DNA of 64,000 bases from Clostridia bacterium (lineage in GTDB: Bacteria; Bacillota; Clostridia; Christensenellales; Borkfalkiaceae), in contig JAFQEM010000018.1 of NCBI GenBank assembly GCA_017399035.1, forward strand, positions 18,389 to 82,388. The letters are read 5' to 3'. The number at the start of each line of letters is the position of its first letter. Position 1 is the first letter of the stretch. Below are positions 35,442-44,409 of this stretch, piece by piece. Position numbers and translations under genes: made by a program. A model generated the notes under the pieces. The model did not search any database. It was not told where the DNA came from and worked only from the letters and a program-made list of their open reading frames with translations.

Positions 35442-36150
35442 TTGATACCTTTATTGCCTTTTCTAAATCTATTGCTTTGGTATAATAAGCCTTGCCTATT
35501 ATTGCGCCGTAAATATTTAGCGCAGTTAGTTTTTCTACGTCTTCCATTGACGAAACACCGCCAGACGCAATTACGTTTATATTGAGTTTTTGGGCAAGTT
35601 GGCGATAGAGCAAGTGGTTTGCGCCCTGCATTGCGCCGTCTTTACTGATATCCGTGCAGATTATAGTTTTAACACCTAAATCTTGCATCTTCTTGCAAAA
35701 TTCAAAGCCCTCTGCGTTAGATTTTTCCGTCCACCCTTTTATTGCAACGTAGCCGTCTTTAATGTCTACGCCAACGGCAATTTTATCGCCAAACTTTTTG
35801 AGTGCGATAACTAAAAATTCAGGGTCAGTTACCGCCGACGTACCTAAAATTACCCTTTTAACACCTGCGTTAATATACCTTTCGATAACTTCTATACTGC
35901 GTATTCCACCGCCCACTTCTACGAACAAATCTGGAATAGACGCAAGTTTTTTAATAGTTTCAATATTAGGCGTTTGACCGTTTTTTGCGCCCTCTAAATC
36001 TACAACGTGCATATATTTTGCACCGCATTTTTTAAAATCAAGCGCAATTTCAACGGGGTTGTCGCTATAAACCGTCATATTTGCATAATCGCCTTTATAT
36101 AATCTAACGGCTTTTCCGCCAAACAAATCTATTGCTGGAAAAATTTTCAT
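35431..36150 (-). CDS. hisA: ProFAR isomerase HisA
   Basis: MKIFPAIDLFGGKAVRLYKGDY...HVVDLEGA...VGGGIRS...TDISKDG...ASGGVSS. Confidence 0.93.
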   Translation of the reverse strand: MKIFPAIDLFGGKAVRLYKGDYANMTVYSDNPVEIALDFKKCGAKYMHVVDLEGAKNGQTPNIETIKKLASIPDLFVEVGGGIRSIEVIERYINAGVKRVILGTSAVTDPEFLVIALKKFGDKIAVGVDIKDGYVAIKGWTEKSNAEGFEFCKKMQDLGVKTIICTDISKDGAMQGANHLLYRQLAQKLNINVIASGGVSSMEDVEKLTALNIYGAIIGKAYYTKAIDLEKAIKVSNDN

Positions 36151-36180
36151 AATTAGTTCCTCTATTTATACTTAACTGCG

Positions 36181-36822
36181 TTAAACATCGCCAGGAAGCG
36201 CAGTGCTAATACTACCCAAATAGTCGTCTTTACCGTAATTGATAAGTTCAAAATTTCCGTTTACGTAATCAACTTCAGTCAACGAACAGTTGTTTGCCCA
36301 AGGTATTTCGGAAACACCGTGTTTACCCTTGCCCGTACAGTAACCGGCAAAACATCTAATTGACGTTGCGTGTGAAAAAATGAGTATGGTTTTTCCGCTA
36401 TTACTATCTGCAATTTTTCTTATGGTTTCAACCATTCGGTTTTGAACTTCTTCAACGCTTTCACCACCATCACAACGCGCCTCGGCAACGTTGTTTACCC
36501 AAACGTCAAAACTGTCTTTGAACTTTACGCGTAAGTCGTCAAATTTCATAAAGTCCCACTCACCGCAATCAATTTCCCTTAAGCCTTTTTCTTTTATTAC
36601 GGGTAAATTTTTTAACTTTGCAGTGGCTTGCGCAGTGTGATAAGCCCTAAGCAAATCACTCGAATAAATAGCGTCTACGCTGATAGTGGATAAGTGGTTT
36701 GCAAGCAGTTGCGCTTGGTCAAACCCTTTTTGAGTTAAATCCATATCGCCGTGTCCCAAAAACAAATCTAGTTCGTTTGCTTTTGACTGACCGTGTCGCG
36801 CCAAGTAAATTTTAGTAACCAT
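36181..36822 (-). CDS. Histidine phosphatase (phosphoglycerate mutase-like) family protein inside the his operon
   Basis: From M6 (RBS gaggtg): MVTKIYLARHGQSKAN (RHG motif) ... SHATSIR (second catalytic His). Confidence 0.8.
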   Translation of the reverse strand: MVTKIYLARHGQSKANELDLFLGHGDMDLTQKGFDQAQLLANHLSTISVDAIYSSDLLRAYHTAQATAKLKNLPVIKEKGLREIDCGEWDFMKFDDLRVKFKDSFDVWVNNVAEARCDGGESVEEVQNRMVETIRKIADSNSGKTILIFSHATSIRCFAGYCTGKGKHGVSEIPWANNCSLTEVDYVNGNFELINYGKDDYLGSISTALPGDV

Positions 36823-36824
36823 AT

Positions 36825-37433
36825 TTACACCTCGCAAAACGCTTTTAATATTTTAAGCCCCACTTGTCCGCTCTTTTCAGGGTGGAACTGACAGCCATAA
36901 ACGTTATCTTTTGCAACGGCGGCTGTCAAATGCGCGCCGTATTCTGCCGTTGCTATAACGCTTTCACTGCAGTTTGCGCCGTAATATGAGTGAACGAAAT
37001 AAACGTGGTCGCCCTCTTTCAAATATTTAAACAGAGAATTTTTTTGAGTAAACTTTAATGCGTTCCAACCTATATGCGGAATTTTATAATCTTTAGGGAT
37101 TACTTCGGATATGGCGCGTATTTCACCCTTTATTAAACCAAGACCTTGGTGAACGCCGTATTCATAACTTCTTTCAAACAAAAGTTGCATACCTAAACAT
37201 ATGCCTAAAAGTGGTTTGCCTTTTTTAGTCTGTTCAATAACCACCTCTTTAAGCCCCGACGAAACAAGTTTTTCGGCTGCGTCGCCAAACGCGCCAACGC
37301 CGGGCAGAACTATTCTGTCCGCACTCTCGATAACGCTTTTATCTTTGGTTGCAACAGCGTCAACCCCGATTGCCTTAAATGAACTTACAAGCGAAAACAA
37401 ATTGCCCACGCCGTAATCAACGATAGCGACCAT
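36825..37433 (-). CDS. hisH: Imidazole glycerol phosphate synthase glutaminase subunit HisH
   Basis: MVAIVDYGVGNLFS...LPGVGAFG...GICLGMQLL...FVHSY...QFHPEKS. Confidence 0.95.
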   Translation of the reverse strand: MVAIVDYGVGNLFSLVSSFKAIGVDAVATKDKSVIESADRIVLPGVGAFGDAAEKLVSSGLKEVVIEQTKKGKPLLGICLGMQLLFERSYEYGVHQGLGLIKGEIRAISEVIPKDYKIPHIGWNALKFTQKNSLFKYLKEGDHVYFVHSYYGANCSESVIATAEYGAHLTAAVAKDNVYGCQFHPEKSGQVGLKILKAFCEV

Positions 37434-38020
37434 TAAAGCACCCCTTTGGTTGACGGAATTTCGTTGCTAAAATCTTTATCGATAGAAACGGCGGTTTTAA
37501 GTGAACGCGCAAGCGACTTGAACGTGCCTTCTATTATGTGGTGAGCGTTTGAACCCGACAACTGGCGAACGTGCAATGTGCAGTTTGCAGTTCTTGTGAA
37601 CGCAAGCAAAAATTCTTCAAGTAACTCGGTATCAAAATCGCCAACCTTGTTAGCCTTTATGTCTAATTCTTTAACGAGCATACTTCTGCCTGATAGGTCA
37701 ACCGCAGTTAAAATTAAAGCCTCGTCCATAGGTAAAATAAAACTGCCGTAACGCACTATACCTTTTTTGTCGGCAAGCGCTTTTTCAAAGGCTTGACCAA
37801 GACATATGCCAACGTCTTCGGTGGTGTGGTGATAATCAACGTCAACGTCGCCCACACAGTTTATATCTAAATCAAATCTGCCGTGTTTTGCAAACAAGGT
37901 AAGCATATGATTTAAAAATCCGCAACCCGTTTCAATTTTACTTTCGCCCTTACCGTCAAGGTTAAGTTTTAGCGAGATATCCGTTTCCGCCGTTTTTCTT
38001 AAAATTTCAGCACTTCTCAT
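37433..38020 (-). CDS. hisB: Imidazoleglycerol-phosphate dehydratase HisB
   Basis: RKTAETDISLKLNLDG...GFLNHML...HHTTEDVGI...NAHHIIEG.FK. Confidence 0.95.
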   Translation of the reverse strand: MRSAEILRKTAETDISLKLNLDGKGESKIETGCGFLNHMLTLFAKHGRFDLDINCVGDVDVDYHHTTEDVGICLGQAFEKALADKKGIVRYGSFILPMDEALILTAVDLSGRSMLVKELDIKANKVGDFDTELLEEFLLAFTRTANCTLHVRQLSGSNAHHIIEGTFKSLARSLKTAVSIDKDFSNEIPSTKGVL

Positions 38021-39081
38021 TTTAATTCCTCCAAAATTTCTTTAACTGCCCCTATTAGCATTTGCATTTGTTCAAAACTACCTATGGTAATTCTGTTATA
38101 ATCTTTTATTCGCTCTTTGCTAAAATGTCTTACTAGCACGCCCTTTTCTTTTAATTTCAAATATAATTCTTCGCCACCTATCTTATCGTTTTTAACGAAA
38201 ACGAAGTTTGTTTTAGACGGCGTCGATATAAAGCCCAACTCTTTAAGTTTTTCTATCGTCCACTCTCTATTTTTAATAATTTTATTGCAATTCTCTTCAA
38301 AATATCCTTTATCCAAAAGCGCGCCTATGCCTGCGCACGCCGTCATTGAATTTACGTTATACGGATTTGTTGAATATTTGATAGAAACAAGGTCGCTAAT
38401 TATCTTACTATCGGCAACGCCAAACCCAAGCCTTGCTCCAGCCATTGAACGTGATTTTGAAAAGGTTTGCGTAACCAACAAATTATCGTATTTTTTTACG
38501 AGCGTGGTCGCGCTTTCGCCACCAAAATCTATATACGCCTCGTCTATAACCACAACTCTTTCTCTATCCGCCTTAACTAGCCTTTCTATTTCAGATAGTG
38601 GTAACAATATACCCGTGGGCGCGTTGGGGTTTGCAATAAACACCGTTCCCTTTTTGCCTATGTAATCGTCTACGCACACCGAAAAATCTTCTCTTAACGG
38701 AATTTCTTCATAGGGGATATTGTTTATTTGAGCGAACACTTTATAAAATCCGTAAGATATGTCAGGGAAAAGCGCAGGCGAATTGTTATCACAAAATGCC
38801 ATAAAAGCAAAGTTCAAAATTTCGTCAGAGCCGTTAGTCATCAAAACGTTATCTCTATCAACACCGCAAGTATCTGCAACCTTTTGGGTGAGTTCTTTGC
38901 AGTCAGGGTCAGGATAAAGATAAAGTTTTTTTGCCACTTCACTTGCTAACCTTACCGCGCTTTCTGACGGCGGGAAAGGGGATTCGTTTGTGTTAAGTTT
39001 AACGTATTCACGCTCTTTTGGTTGCTCACCCGGAACGTAAGGTGTTAAATTTTTATATTTTTCGCTAAAAAATTTACTCAT
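38017..39081 (-). CDS. hisC: Histidinol-phosphate aminotransferase HisC
   Basis: 354 aa. KLNTNESPFPPS...NGSDE...NPNAPTG...TFSKSRSMAGARLG (PLP lysine). Confidence 0.92.
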   Translation of the reverse strand: MSKFFSEKYKNLTPYVPGEQPKEREYVKLNTNESPFPPSESAVRLASEVAKKLYLYPDPDCKELTQKVADTCGVDRDNVLMTNGSDEILNFAFMAFCDNNSPALFPDISYGFYKVFAQINNIPYEEIPLREDFSVCVDDYIGKKGTVFIANPNAPTGILLPLSEIERLVKADRERVVVIDEAYIDFGGESATTLVKKYDNLLVTQTFSKSRSMAGARLGFGVADSKIISDLVSIKYSTNPYNVNSMTACAGIGALLDKGYFEENCNKIIKNREWTIEKLKELGFISTPSKTNFVFVKNDKIGGEELYLKLKEKGVLVRHFSKERIKDYNRITIGSFEQMQMLIGAVKEILEELK

Positions 39082-39082
39082 A

Positions 39083-40354
39083 TTATTTTTTCACCCTTAC
39101 GACTGCAGATTTTGCGTGAGCCGTAAGTCCTTCTTGTTTTGCAAAATACTCAACGTCGAACGCTGATTTATTGAGCGCATCTTCAGAATAATAAATATAT
39201 TGCGTTTTCTTAATAAAATCGTCAACGGAAAGCGCAGAAGAAAACCTTGCCGTTCCACTAGTAGGTAAAGTATGGTTTGCGCCTGCCATATAATCACCCA
39301 TAGCCTCTGGGCAATTTCTACCTAAAAACACAGACCCTGCGTGTTTAATCTTTTCTAAATATATGAAAGGATTATCAATGCACAATTCTAAATGTTCTGG
39401 GGCTATTTCGTTGGCGATATCTATGGCGTCTTCAATATTTTCCGCAATAATAATTTTTCCGTTATCATCAATAGATGTTCTAGCAATTTCACTTCTCTCA
39501 AGTAAGGGAATTTGCTTTTCAAGACTGTTTGAAACTTCGTTTGCAAATTCAAAATTGTCAGTTATTAAAACCGCGCTTGCCATTTTATCGTGTTCGGCTT
39601 GAGAAAGAAGGTCGGCTGCAATATGGTCGGGGTTGTTTTTTGCGTCTGCCACGATTAAAATTTCACTAGGTCCTGCAATCATATCTATAGAAACCACGCC
39701 GAAAACTTGCTTTTTTGCCTCTGCAACGAAAGCGTTACCCGGCCCGACAATTTTATCTACCTTTGGTATACTTTCCGTACCGTAAGCAAGCGCGGCAATG
39801 GCTTGCGCGCCACCCACCTTAAAAATTTTATCTACGCCTGCAACGTAAGCCGCCGCCAAAATTACGGGGTTTATTTTACCTTCTTTGTTTGGTGGGGTAA
39901 CCATAACGACCTGTTCACACCCCGCTATTTTTGCAGGTATTGCGTCCATAAGCACGGTTGAAGGATACACAGCAGTTCCCCCCGGAACGTAAAGCCCTGC
40001 ACGCTCTATAGGTATAATTTTTTGACCGACTGTTGCGCCGTCAAGATTTTTTATTTCAAATCCTTTGCGAACTTGCGCAGAGTGAAAAAGCCTTATGTTT
40101 TCCGCAGCCTTTTTCAAAACTTGCAAAAACTTTTCGTCAACGCTCTCTAAAGCCTGTTCAATTTCTTCTTTACTAACTACAAGGCTATTTAGTTGTGCTT
40201 TATCGAATTTTTTTGCGTAATCAAACAACGCTTTGTCGCCGTTTTTACGCACCGTATCAATAATTTCAGTAACGATTGCGCTAACGTCAAACTTGCTTTC
40301 TGCCCTAGCAAATATTTGACTTGGGTTTTCTTTTCCGTTAATAATTCTTATCAT
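39083..40354 (-). CDS. hisD: Histidinol dehydrogenase HisD
   Basis: 423 aa. VYPSTVLM..IPAKIAG...GPGN.FV..AK...GPSE...SQAEHD...HLEL. Confidence 0.95.
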   Translation of the reverse strand: MIRIINGKENPSQIFARAESKFDVSAIVTEIIDTVRKNGDKALFDYAKKFDKAQLNSLVVSKEEIEQALESVDEKFLQVLKKAAENIRLFHSAQVRKGFEIKNLDGATVGQKIIPIERAGLYVPGGTAVYPSTVLMDAIPAKIAGCEQVVMVTPPNKEGKINPVILAAAYVAGVDKIFKVGGAQAIAALAYGTESIPKVDKIVGPGNAFVAEAKKQVFGVVSIDMIAGPSEILIVADAKNNPDHIAADLLSQAEHDKMASAVLITDNFEFANEVSNSLEKQIPLLERSEIARTSIDDNGKIIIAENIEDAIDIANEIAPEHLELCIDNPFIYLEKIKHAGSVFLGRNCPEAMGDYMAGANHTLPTSGTARFSSALSVDDFIKKTQYIYYSEDALNKSAFDVEYFAKQEGLTAHAKSAVVRVKK

Positions 40355-40983
40355 TTTTGCTCCGTTTGTATTGCAAGCGAACTCATAAGTTTTTCTATGC
40401 GCTCGCTTTTGAATTTAAAGTTTGCTTTGTTGGCTATAAGCCTTGCCGATATAGGCATAAACCTTTCAACCACTACCAAGTTGTTTTCTTTTAGGGTAGT
40501 TCCCGTTTCAACGATATCCACTATAACGTCTGAAAGCCCTAAAATAGGCGCAATTTCTATTGAACCGTTTAGGTGGATAATATCAATATCTCTACCAAGC
40601 GACGCATAATGCGCCTTTGCTATGTTTGTGAACTTTGTTGCAACCGTTAGCGTGCGCGACCTATCGTCTTTAAAATCCGCTTTTGCCGCAACGCACATAT
40701 CGCATTTGCCCATTTTCATATCTAAAAGTTCATAAACGTCAGGCTTATATTCGTCTAAAATATCTTTACCTGCAACGCCAACGTCTGCAGAGCCACGTTC
40801 AACGTAAATTGCAACGTCTGACGGCTTAACCCAAAAATATCTTACGCCAACTTGCTCGTTTTCAAAAATTAGTTTTCTGTTATTTTCTTTAATAGACGGA
40901 CAAGCAAACCCCGCCTTTTCAAACATATCGTAAACCTTTTCGCCCAGCCTGCCTTTGGGCAATGCAACGTTAAGCATTTTCAT
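40351..40983 (-). CDS. hisG: ATP phosphoribosyltransferase, short (HisZ-dependent) form
   Basis: 210 aa. LNVALPKGRL...D.GV.G.D...VETGTTLKEN. The short length is consistent with the adjacent hisZ. Confidence 0.93.
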   Translation of the reverse strand: MKMLNVALPKGRLGEKVYDMFEKAGFACPSIKENNRKLIFENEQVGVRYFWVKPSDVAIYVERGSADVGVAGKDILDEYKPDVYELLDMKMGKCDMCVAAKADFKDDRSRTLTVATKFTNIAKAHYASLGRDIDIIHLNGSIEIAPILGLSDVIVDIVETGTTLKENNLVVVERFMPISARLIANKANFKFKSERIEKLMSSLAIQTEQK

Positions 40984-42082
40984 TATCTTTACCCCCTAAA
41001 ACTATAAGTCTTTTATACTTTATTTTTTCGGGAATTTTTTTAGACGCAAACACGCTTTCGCCCCCGTCGGTAATTTCCTTTACCTTTCTATTTATAAGCG
41101 CAACGTCGCTTAAACTGCCGTATTCCACAGCCACGTCCACGTCAAATTCGTTTGCGCCACTAGAGAGTTTTTCAAGTTCGTCAAGATAAACGGCAAACCC
41201 TATTGCTCTATCTTTTCTGCCAAACTTTGCCATAAGGTTATCGTATTGCCCACCCGAAATAATGCTAGTGGGAATACCCGAAACAAAACCGTTGAAAACT
41301 ATTCCGTTATAATAATTCATATCGTTTACAACTGAAAAATCTATGCGGATTTTATCACTAACGCCAAGCGCAGAAAGGGCAACCATAATTCTTTCTAACT
41401 GAATTATTGCGTTGTTTGCGCATTTGCCTAAATCTAAAGCCTTAAATTCGTTTATAACTTTATCGGGCGCGCCGTAAACGGTAACCAACTTTTTAACTAG
41501 TTCCGCATCATTATCGCTTAAACCTTCTTCTTTGCAAGCGCTAAACACACCTTGCGCATTTTTTTCGGCTAAATAAGCGGTAACCTTTTTAACACCATCT
41601 GTAGAAAGATTAAAGTTTTCCATTACCCCTTTAACCACAGCAAGATGCGAAAGGTCTAATATATAATCTTTAGAAACCGTTTCAAGGCTCTTAACTGCAA
41701 GAAAAACCACTTCGGAAATTTCATATTCGTCAATATCCCCAAAGCACTCTAAACCAACTTGCATAAACTCTTTGAACGAACGAGTTCCCTTTGAAACACG
41801 ATAAACGTTTTCGTTATAATAAACTTTTTCAACGCCTGCACCGTCTTTGCCGTTTTTAATTATAGACAAAGTAACGTCAGGTTTTAACGCCATAAGCACG
41901 CCGTCAGTGTCGGTAAAAGTTATAACGTTATCCGACACTAAAAAATCTTTATTTTTAGCGTAAAGGTCATACTTTTCAAACTTACTCATTCTATATTGCT
42001 TAAAGCCGTAGTCCCCGTAAAGAGCGCGCAACTGATAGACCGCCCTATCCGTGCCGTTAAACACACGATTAAACTCTTTCAT
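40970..42082 (-). CDS. hisZ: ATP phosphoribosyltransferase regulatory subunit HisZ
   Basis: HisRS-paralog pattern (YGFKQYRMSKFEKYDLY...LKPDVT...). The ATG at 42082 is preceded by RBS aaggaga; the track start (42103) is an upstream TTG. Confidence 0.88.
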   Translation of the reverse strand: MKEFNRVFNGTDRAVYQLRALYGDYGFKQYRMSKFEKYDLYAKNKDFLVSDNVITFTDTDGVLMALKPDVTLSIIKNGKDGAGVEKVYYNENVYRVSKGTRSFKEFMQVGLECFGDIDEYEISEVVFLAVKSLETVSKDYILDLSHLAVVKGVMENFNLSTDGVKKVTAYLAEKNAQGVFSACKEEGLSDNDAELVKKLVTVYGAPDKVINEFKALDLGKCANNAIIQLERIMVALSALGVSDKIRIDFSVVNDMNYYNGIVFNGFVSGIPTSIISGGQYDNLMAKFGRKDRAIGFAVYLDELEKLSSGANEFDVDVAVEYGSLSDVALINRKVKEITDGGESVFASKKIPEKIKYKRLIVLGGKDNENA

Positions 42083-42368
42083 ATTTTTTCTCCTTGTCGT
42101 CAATGACTAAAGAATAACCGCCACTACCATAATTTAAGCATTTGTTTACTCTGCTAATGGTTGCCGTGCTTGCCCCAGTCTCTTTAGAAACGCTTTGATA
42201 ATTAAGCCCTTCTTTGAGCAAACGAGCCACTTCTAAACGCTGTGAAATATCTTGCATCTCTTTAATAGTGCAAACGTCTTCAAAAAACTTTCTGCAATCT
42301 TCTATATTTTTAAGTTTTAAAACCGCCTTAAACAAATCGTCAAAAGCGTCCATACGGAAATTTTCCAT
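42069..42368 (-). CDS. yerC: YerC/YecD family TrpR-like DNA-binding protein, first gene of the his operon
   Basis: 99 aa. FFEDVCTIKEMQDISQRLEVARLL..G.NYQSVSKETGASTATISRVNKCLNYGSGGY is the YerC/YecD signature. Confidence 0.85.
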   Translation of the reverse strand: MENFRMDAFDDLFKAVLKLKNIEDCRKFFEDVCTIKEMQDISQRLEVARLLKEGLNYQSVSKETGASTATISRVNKCLNYGSGGYSLVIDDKEKKYERV

Positions 42369-42401
42369 TATTCCCTCACTTTTTCGTTTTAATCTTTTAA
42401 C

Positions 42402-42430
42402 ATTTTAGCACGGTAAAGTGATAAAGTCAA
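42402..42430 (-). promoter_or_regulatory. Sigma-A promoter of yerC-his operon
   Basis: Minus strand: TTGACT (42430-42425), 17 nt ending in TGc, TAAAAT (42407-42402). Confidence 0.6.
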
Positions 42431-42552
42431 CTGTTTTAATACCGTACAACAAAAGTTTTAAAAAAAGTTACCTATACATTATAAAAATAAAGCGCCCGAA
42501 AATCAAGCGCTTTAATGTATAAACCGAGCAAATACCCTTTTCTTTTATTTTG

Positions 42553-42581
42553 TTGCATTTAAAATATAAAAGTGCTATAAT
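42553..42581 (+). promoter_or_regulatory. Sigma-A promoter (extended -10) upstream of the LRR lipoprotein leader
   Basis: TTGCAT (42553-42558), 17 nt ending in TGc, TATAAT (42576-42581). Confidence 0.6.
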
Positions 42582-42587
42582 AAAACT

Positions 42588-42697
42588 GCGACTCAGTTTA
42601 ATATTTTCAAGAACAAGTATACTTATAGGGCATAAGTGTACCGTTTTCGCAACGCATAAATCTTGTTCTTGGGATTTTTTGTTAAACTGAGTGTCGC
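42588..42697 (+). promoter_or_regulatory. Structured ~110-nt RNA element starting at the predicted TSS (nested stems); candidate riboswitch, attenuator or sRNA
   Basis: Outer 14-bp stem, 42588-42601 with 42682-42697 (2-nt bulge). Inner 10-bp stem caagaacaag (42608-17) / cttgttcttg (42662-71). Internal hairpin acttat-agggc-ataagt (42621-37). Confidence 0.45.
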
Positions 42698-42724
42698 AAC
42701 TTGAGCGAAATGTGCATTTTTGCT

Positions 42725-42759
42725 AGTGTCGTTTCGTTTGAGACGGCACTTTTTATTTT
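42725..42759 (+). terminator. Intrinsic terminator in the leader, 29 nt before the LRR gene start
   Basis: agtgtcgt (42725-32) pairs with acggcact (42743-50), including one G-U pair, followed by ttttatttt. RBS aaggag is at 42775-80. Confidence 0.65.
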
Positions 42760-42787
42760 AAAAAATTTATTTAAAAGGAGAACTTTT

Positions 42788-44392
42788 ATGAAAAAAACTT
42801 TACTCTTAAAACTTTTAACTTTAGTTTTTACTTTGTGTAGCGTGCTTTTTATTGCAACTGGTTGCAATTTTGAATGTACAGAGCATAAAGAAAAATGGAT
42901 TATTGACAAAAAGGCTACTTGCACGTCGCAAGGGATAATGCACGCAGAGTGTGAATTGTGTGGGCGTTATATGGGCGCAGAAATAATAGAGCAAAGTGAG
43001 CATAATTACGTTAATCACGTTTGCAAGGATTGTGGGCAAAGTGAAGGCACTGAAGGGTTATCGTATATGAAAAACGCCGATGGCACAGGCTATATTTTAA
43101 CAGGTATCGGCATGGCAACGGAAAGTGAGATAATTGTCCATAGCGTTTATAAAGATTTACCAGTTGTTGGCATAGCGAAAGAATCGTTTCTTGACAATGA
43201 TTTAATAACTAAAATAACGATACCAAATAGCGTAACTAGTATAGGTGAACAGGCGTTCTCGAATTGCAGTAGTTTAACGAGTATAGAAATACCAAATAGT
43301 GTAACTAGTATAGCTGAATGGGCGTTCTTTTGTTGCTCTAGTTTAACGAGTGTAACGATAGGTAACGGCGATATAGGTTCTAGTGCGTTCGGGTATTGCC
43401 GTAGTTTAACGAGTGTAACGATAGGTAATGGCGATATAGGTTCTAGTGCGTTCGAGGATTGCAGTAGTTTAACGAGTGTAACGATAGATAATGGCGATAT
43501 AGGTTCTGGTGCGTTCTATAATTGCAGTAGTTTAACGAGTGTAACGATAGATAATGGCGATATAGGTTCTAGTGCGTTCTATAATTGCAGTAGTTTAACG
43601 AGTGTAACGATAGGTAACGGCGTAACTAGTATAGGTAATTTTGCGTTCTATAATTGCAGTAGTTTAACAAAAATAAATTATTTGGGAACTATAGATGAGT
43701 GGGTACAAATTAGTTTTAGTGGCTCAATACTACCATCTTCTACAGCAAAACTATATATAAACGATGAATTAATAACGAATGCAAATATAACTACAGCAAC
43801 AAGAATATCTAGTTATGCGTTCTGTAATTGCGATAGTTTAACAAGTATAACAATACCTAATAGCGTAACTAGTATAGGTGATTATGCGTTCAGGAATTGC
43901 AGTAGTTTAACGAGTATAACAATACCTAATAGCGTAACTAGTATAGGTGATTATGCGTTCAGAAATTGCAGTAGTTTACAATATAATATAGAAAATAATT
44001 TAAAATATTTAGGAAACAGTGTTAATCCATATTTATATTTGGCAGATACAACTTCTACTTCAATAACTACAGCAACAATTAACGAAAATTGTAAGTTTAT
44101 AGGTGATTCTGCGTTCAGCGATTGCAGTAGTTTAACGAGTATAAAAATACCAAATAGCGTAACTAGTATAGGTGAACAGGCGTTCGAGGATTGCAGTAGT
44201 TTAACGAGAGTATATTATAATGGAACGGCTCAAGAGTGGAATAACATCTCTATCAGTGGAAACAACTCACATTTAAAAAGTGCAACGCGTTATTATTATA
44301 TTGAAAATCAAGAAGATTTGCCAAATGATGGTGGCAATTACTGGCATTATGTAGACGGTGTTCCAACAGTTTGGACAAAAACTGAAAACTAA
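42788..44392 (+). CDS. BspA-type leucine-rich repeat (LRR_5) surface lipoprotein
   Basis: From M30 of the track ORF (RBS aaggag): lipobox LFIATGC, then a Cys-rich CxxC region. After that come ~14 units of the type IPNSVTSIGexAFxxCSSLTS. Confidence 0.85.
   Translation: MKKTLLLKLLTLVFTLCSVLFIATGCNFECTEHKEKWIIDKKATCTSQGIMHAECELCGRYMGAEIIEQSEHNYVNHVCKDCGQSEGTEGLSYMKNADGTGYILTGIGMATESEIIVHSVYKDLPVVGIAKESFLDNDLITKITIPNSVTSIGEQAFSNCSSLTSIEIPNSVTSIAEWAFFCCSSLTSVTIGNGDIGSSAFGYCRSLTSVTIGNGDIGSSAFEDCSSLTSVTIDNGDIGSGAFYNCSSLTSVTIDNGDIGSSAFYNCSSLTSVTIGNGVTSIGNFAFYNCSSLTKINYLGTIDEWVQISFSGSILPSSTAKLYINDELITNANITTATRISSYAFCNCDSLTSITIPNSVTSIGDYAFRNCSSLTSITIPNSVTSIGDYAFRNCSSLQYNIENNLKYLGNSVNPYLYLADTTSTSITTATINENCKFIGDSAFSDCSSLTSIKIPNSVTSIGEQAFEDCSSLTRVYYNGTAQEWNNISISGNNSHLKSATRYYYIENQEDLPNDGGNYWHYVDGVPTVWTKTEN
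43341..43592 (+). repeat. Four near-identical 63-nt (21-aa) tandem units inside the LRR gene
   Basis: gtttaacgagtgtaacgata recurs at 43341, 43404, 43467 and 43530 (next at 43593). It encodes SLTSVTI(G/D)NGDIGS(S/G)AFxxC(S/R), two residues shorter than the flanking 23-aa LRR units. Confidence 0.9.
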
Positions 44393-44409
44393 TTACTTTT
44401 ATAAACACT

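Noticed and set aside
40560-40580. DnaA-box-like ggtggataa and the ori-proximal gene content (tmk-holB-yaaT, rplI, lysS) as a sign of a replication origin
   Set aside because: There is only a single imperfect box, and it lies inside the hisG coding sequence. I see no cluster of TTATCCACA boxes and no dnaA or dnaN gene in the window.
38117-40609. Antisense ORFs in the his genes (38117-38665, 38728-38949, 39363-39602, 39707-39961, 40193-40609)
   Set aside because: These are shadows of the canonical hisC, hisD and hisG reading frames.
42682-43039. Track ORFs 42682-42924 (-), 42821-43039 (-), and the TTG start at 42701 for the LRR gene
   Set aside because: The region from 42588 to 42759 is better explained as a structured leader plus terminator. 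The LRR protein has a proper RBS and a lipoprotein signal starting at the ATG at 42788.
43341-43592. Regular short repeats as a possible CRISPR array (also the 6584-8209 repeats)
   Set aside because: The repeats are contiguous with no unique spacers. They are in frame within long ORFs, they encode recognisable protein repeat units, and there are no cas genes.
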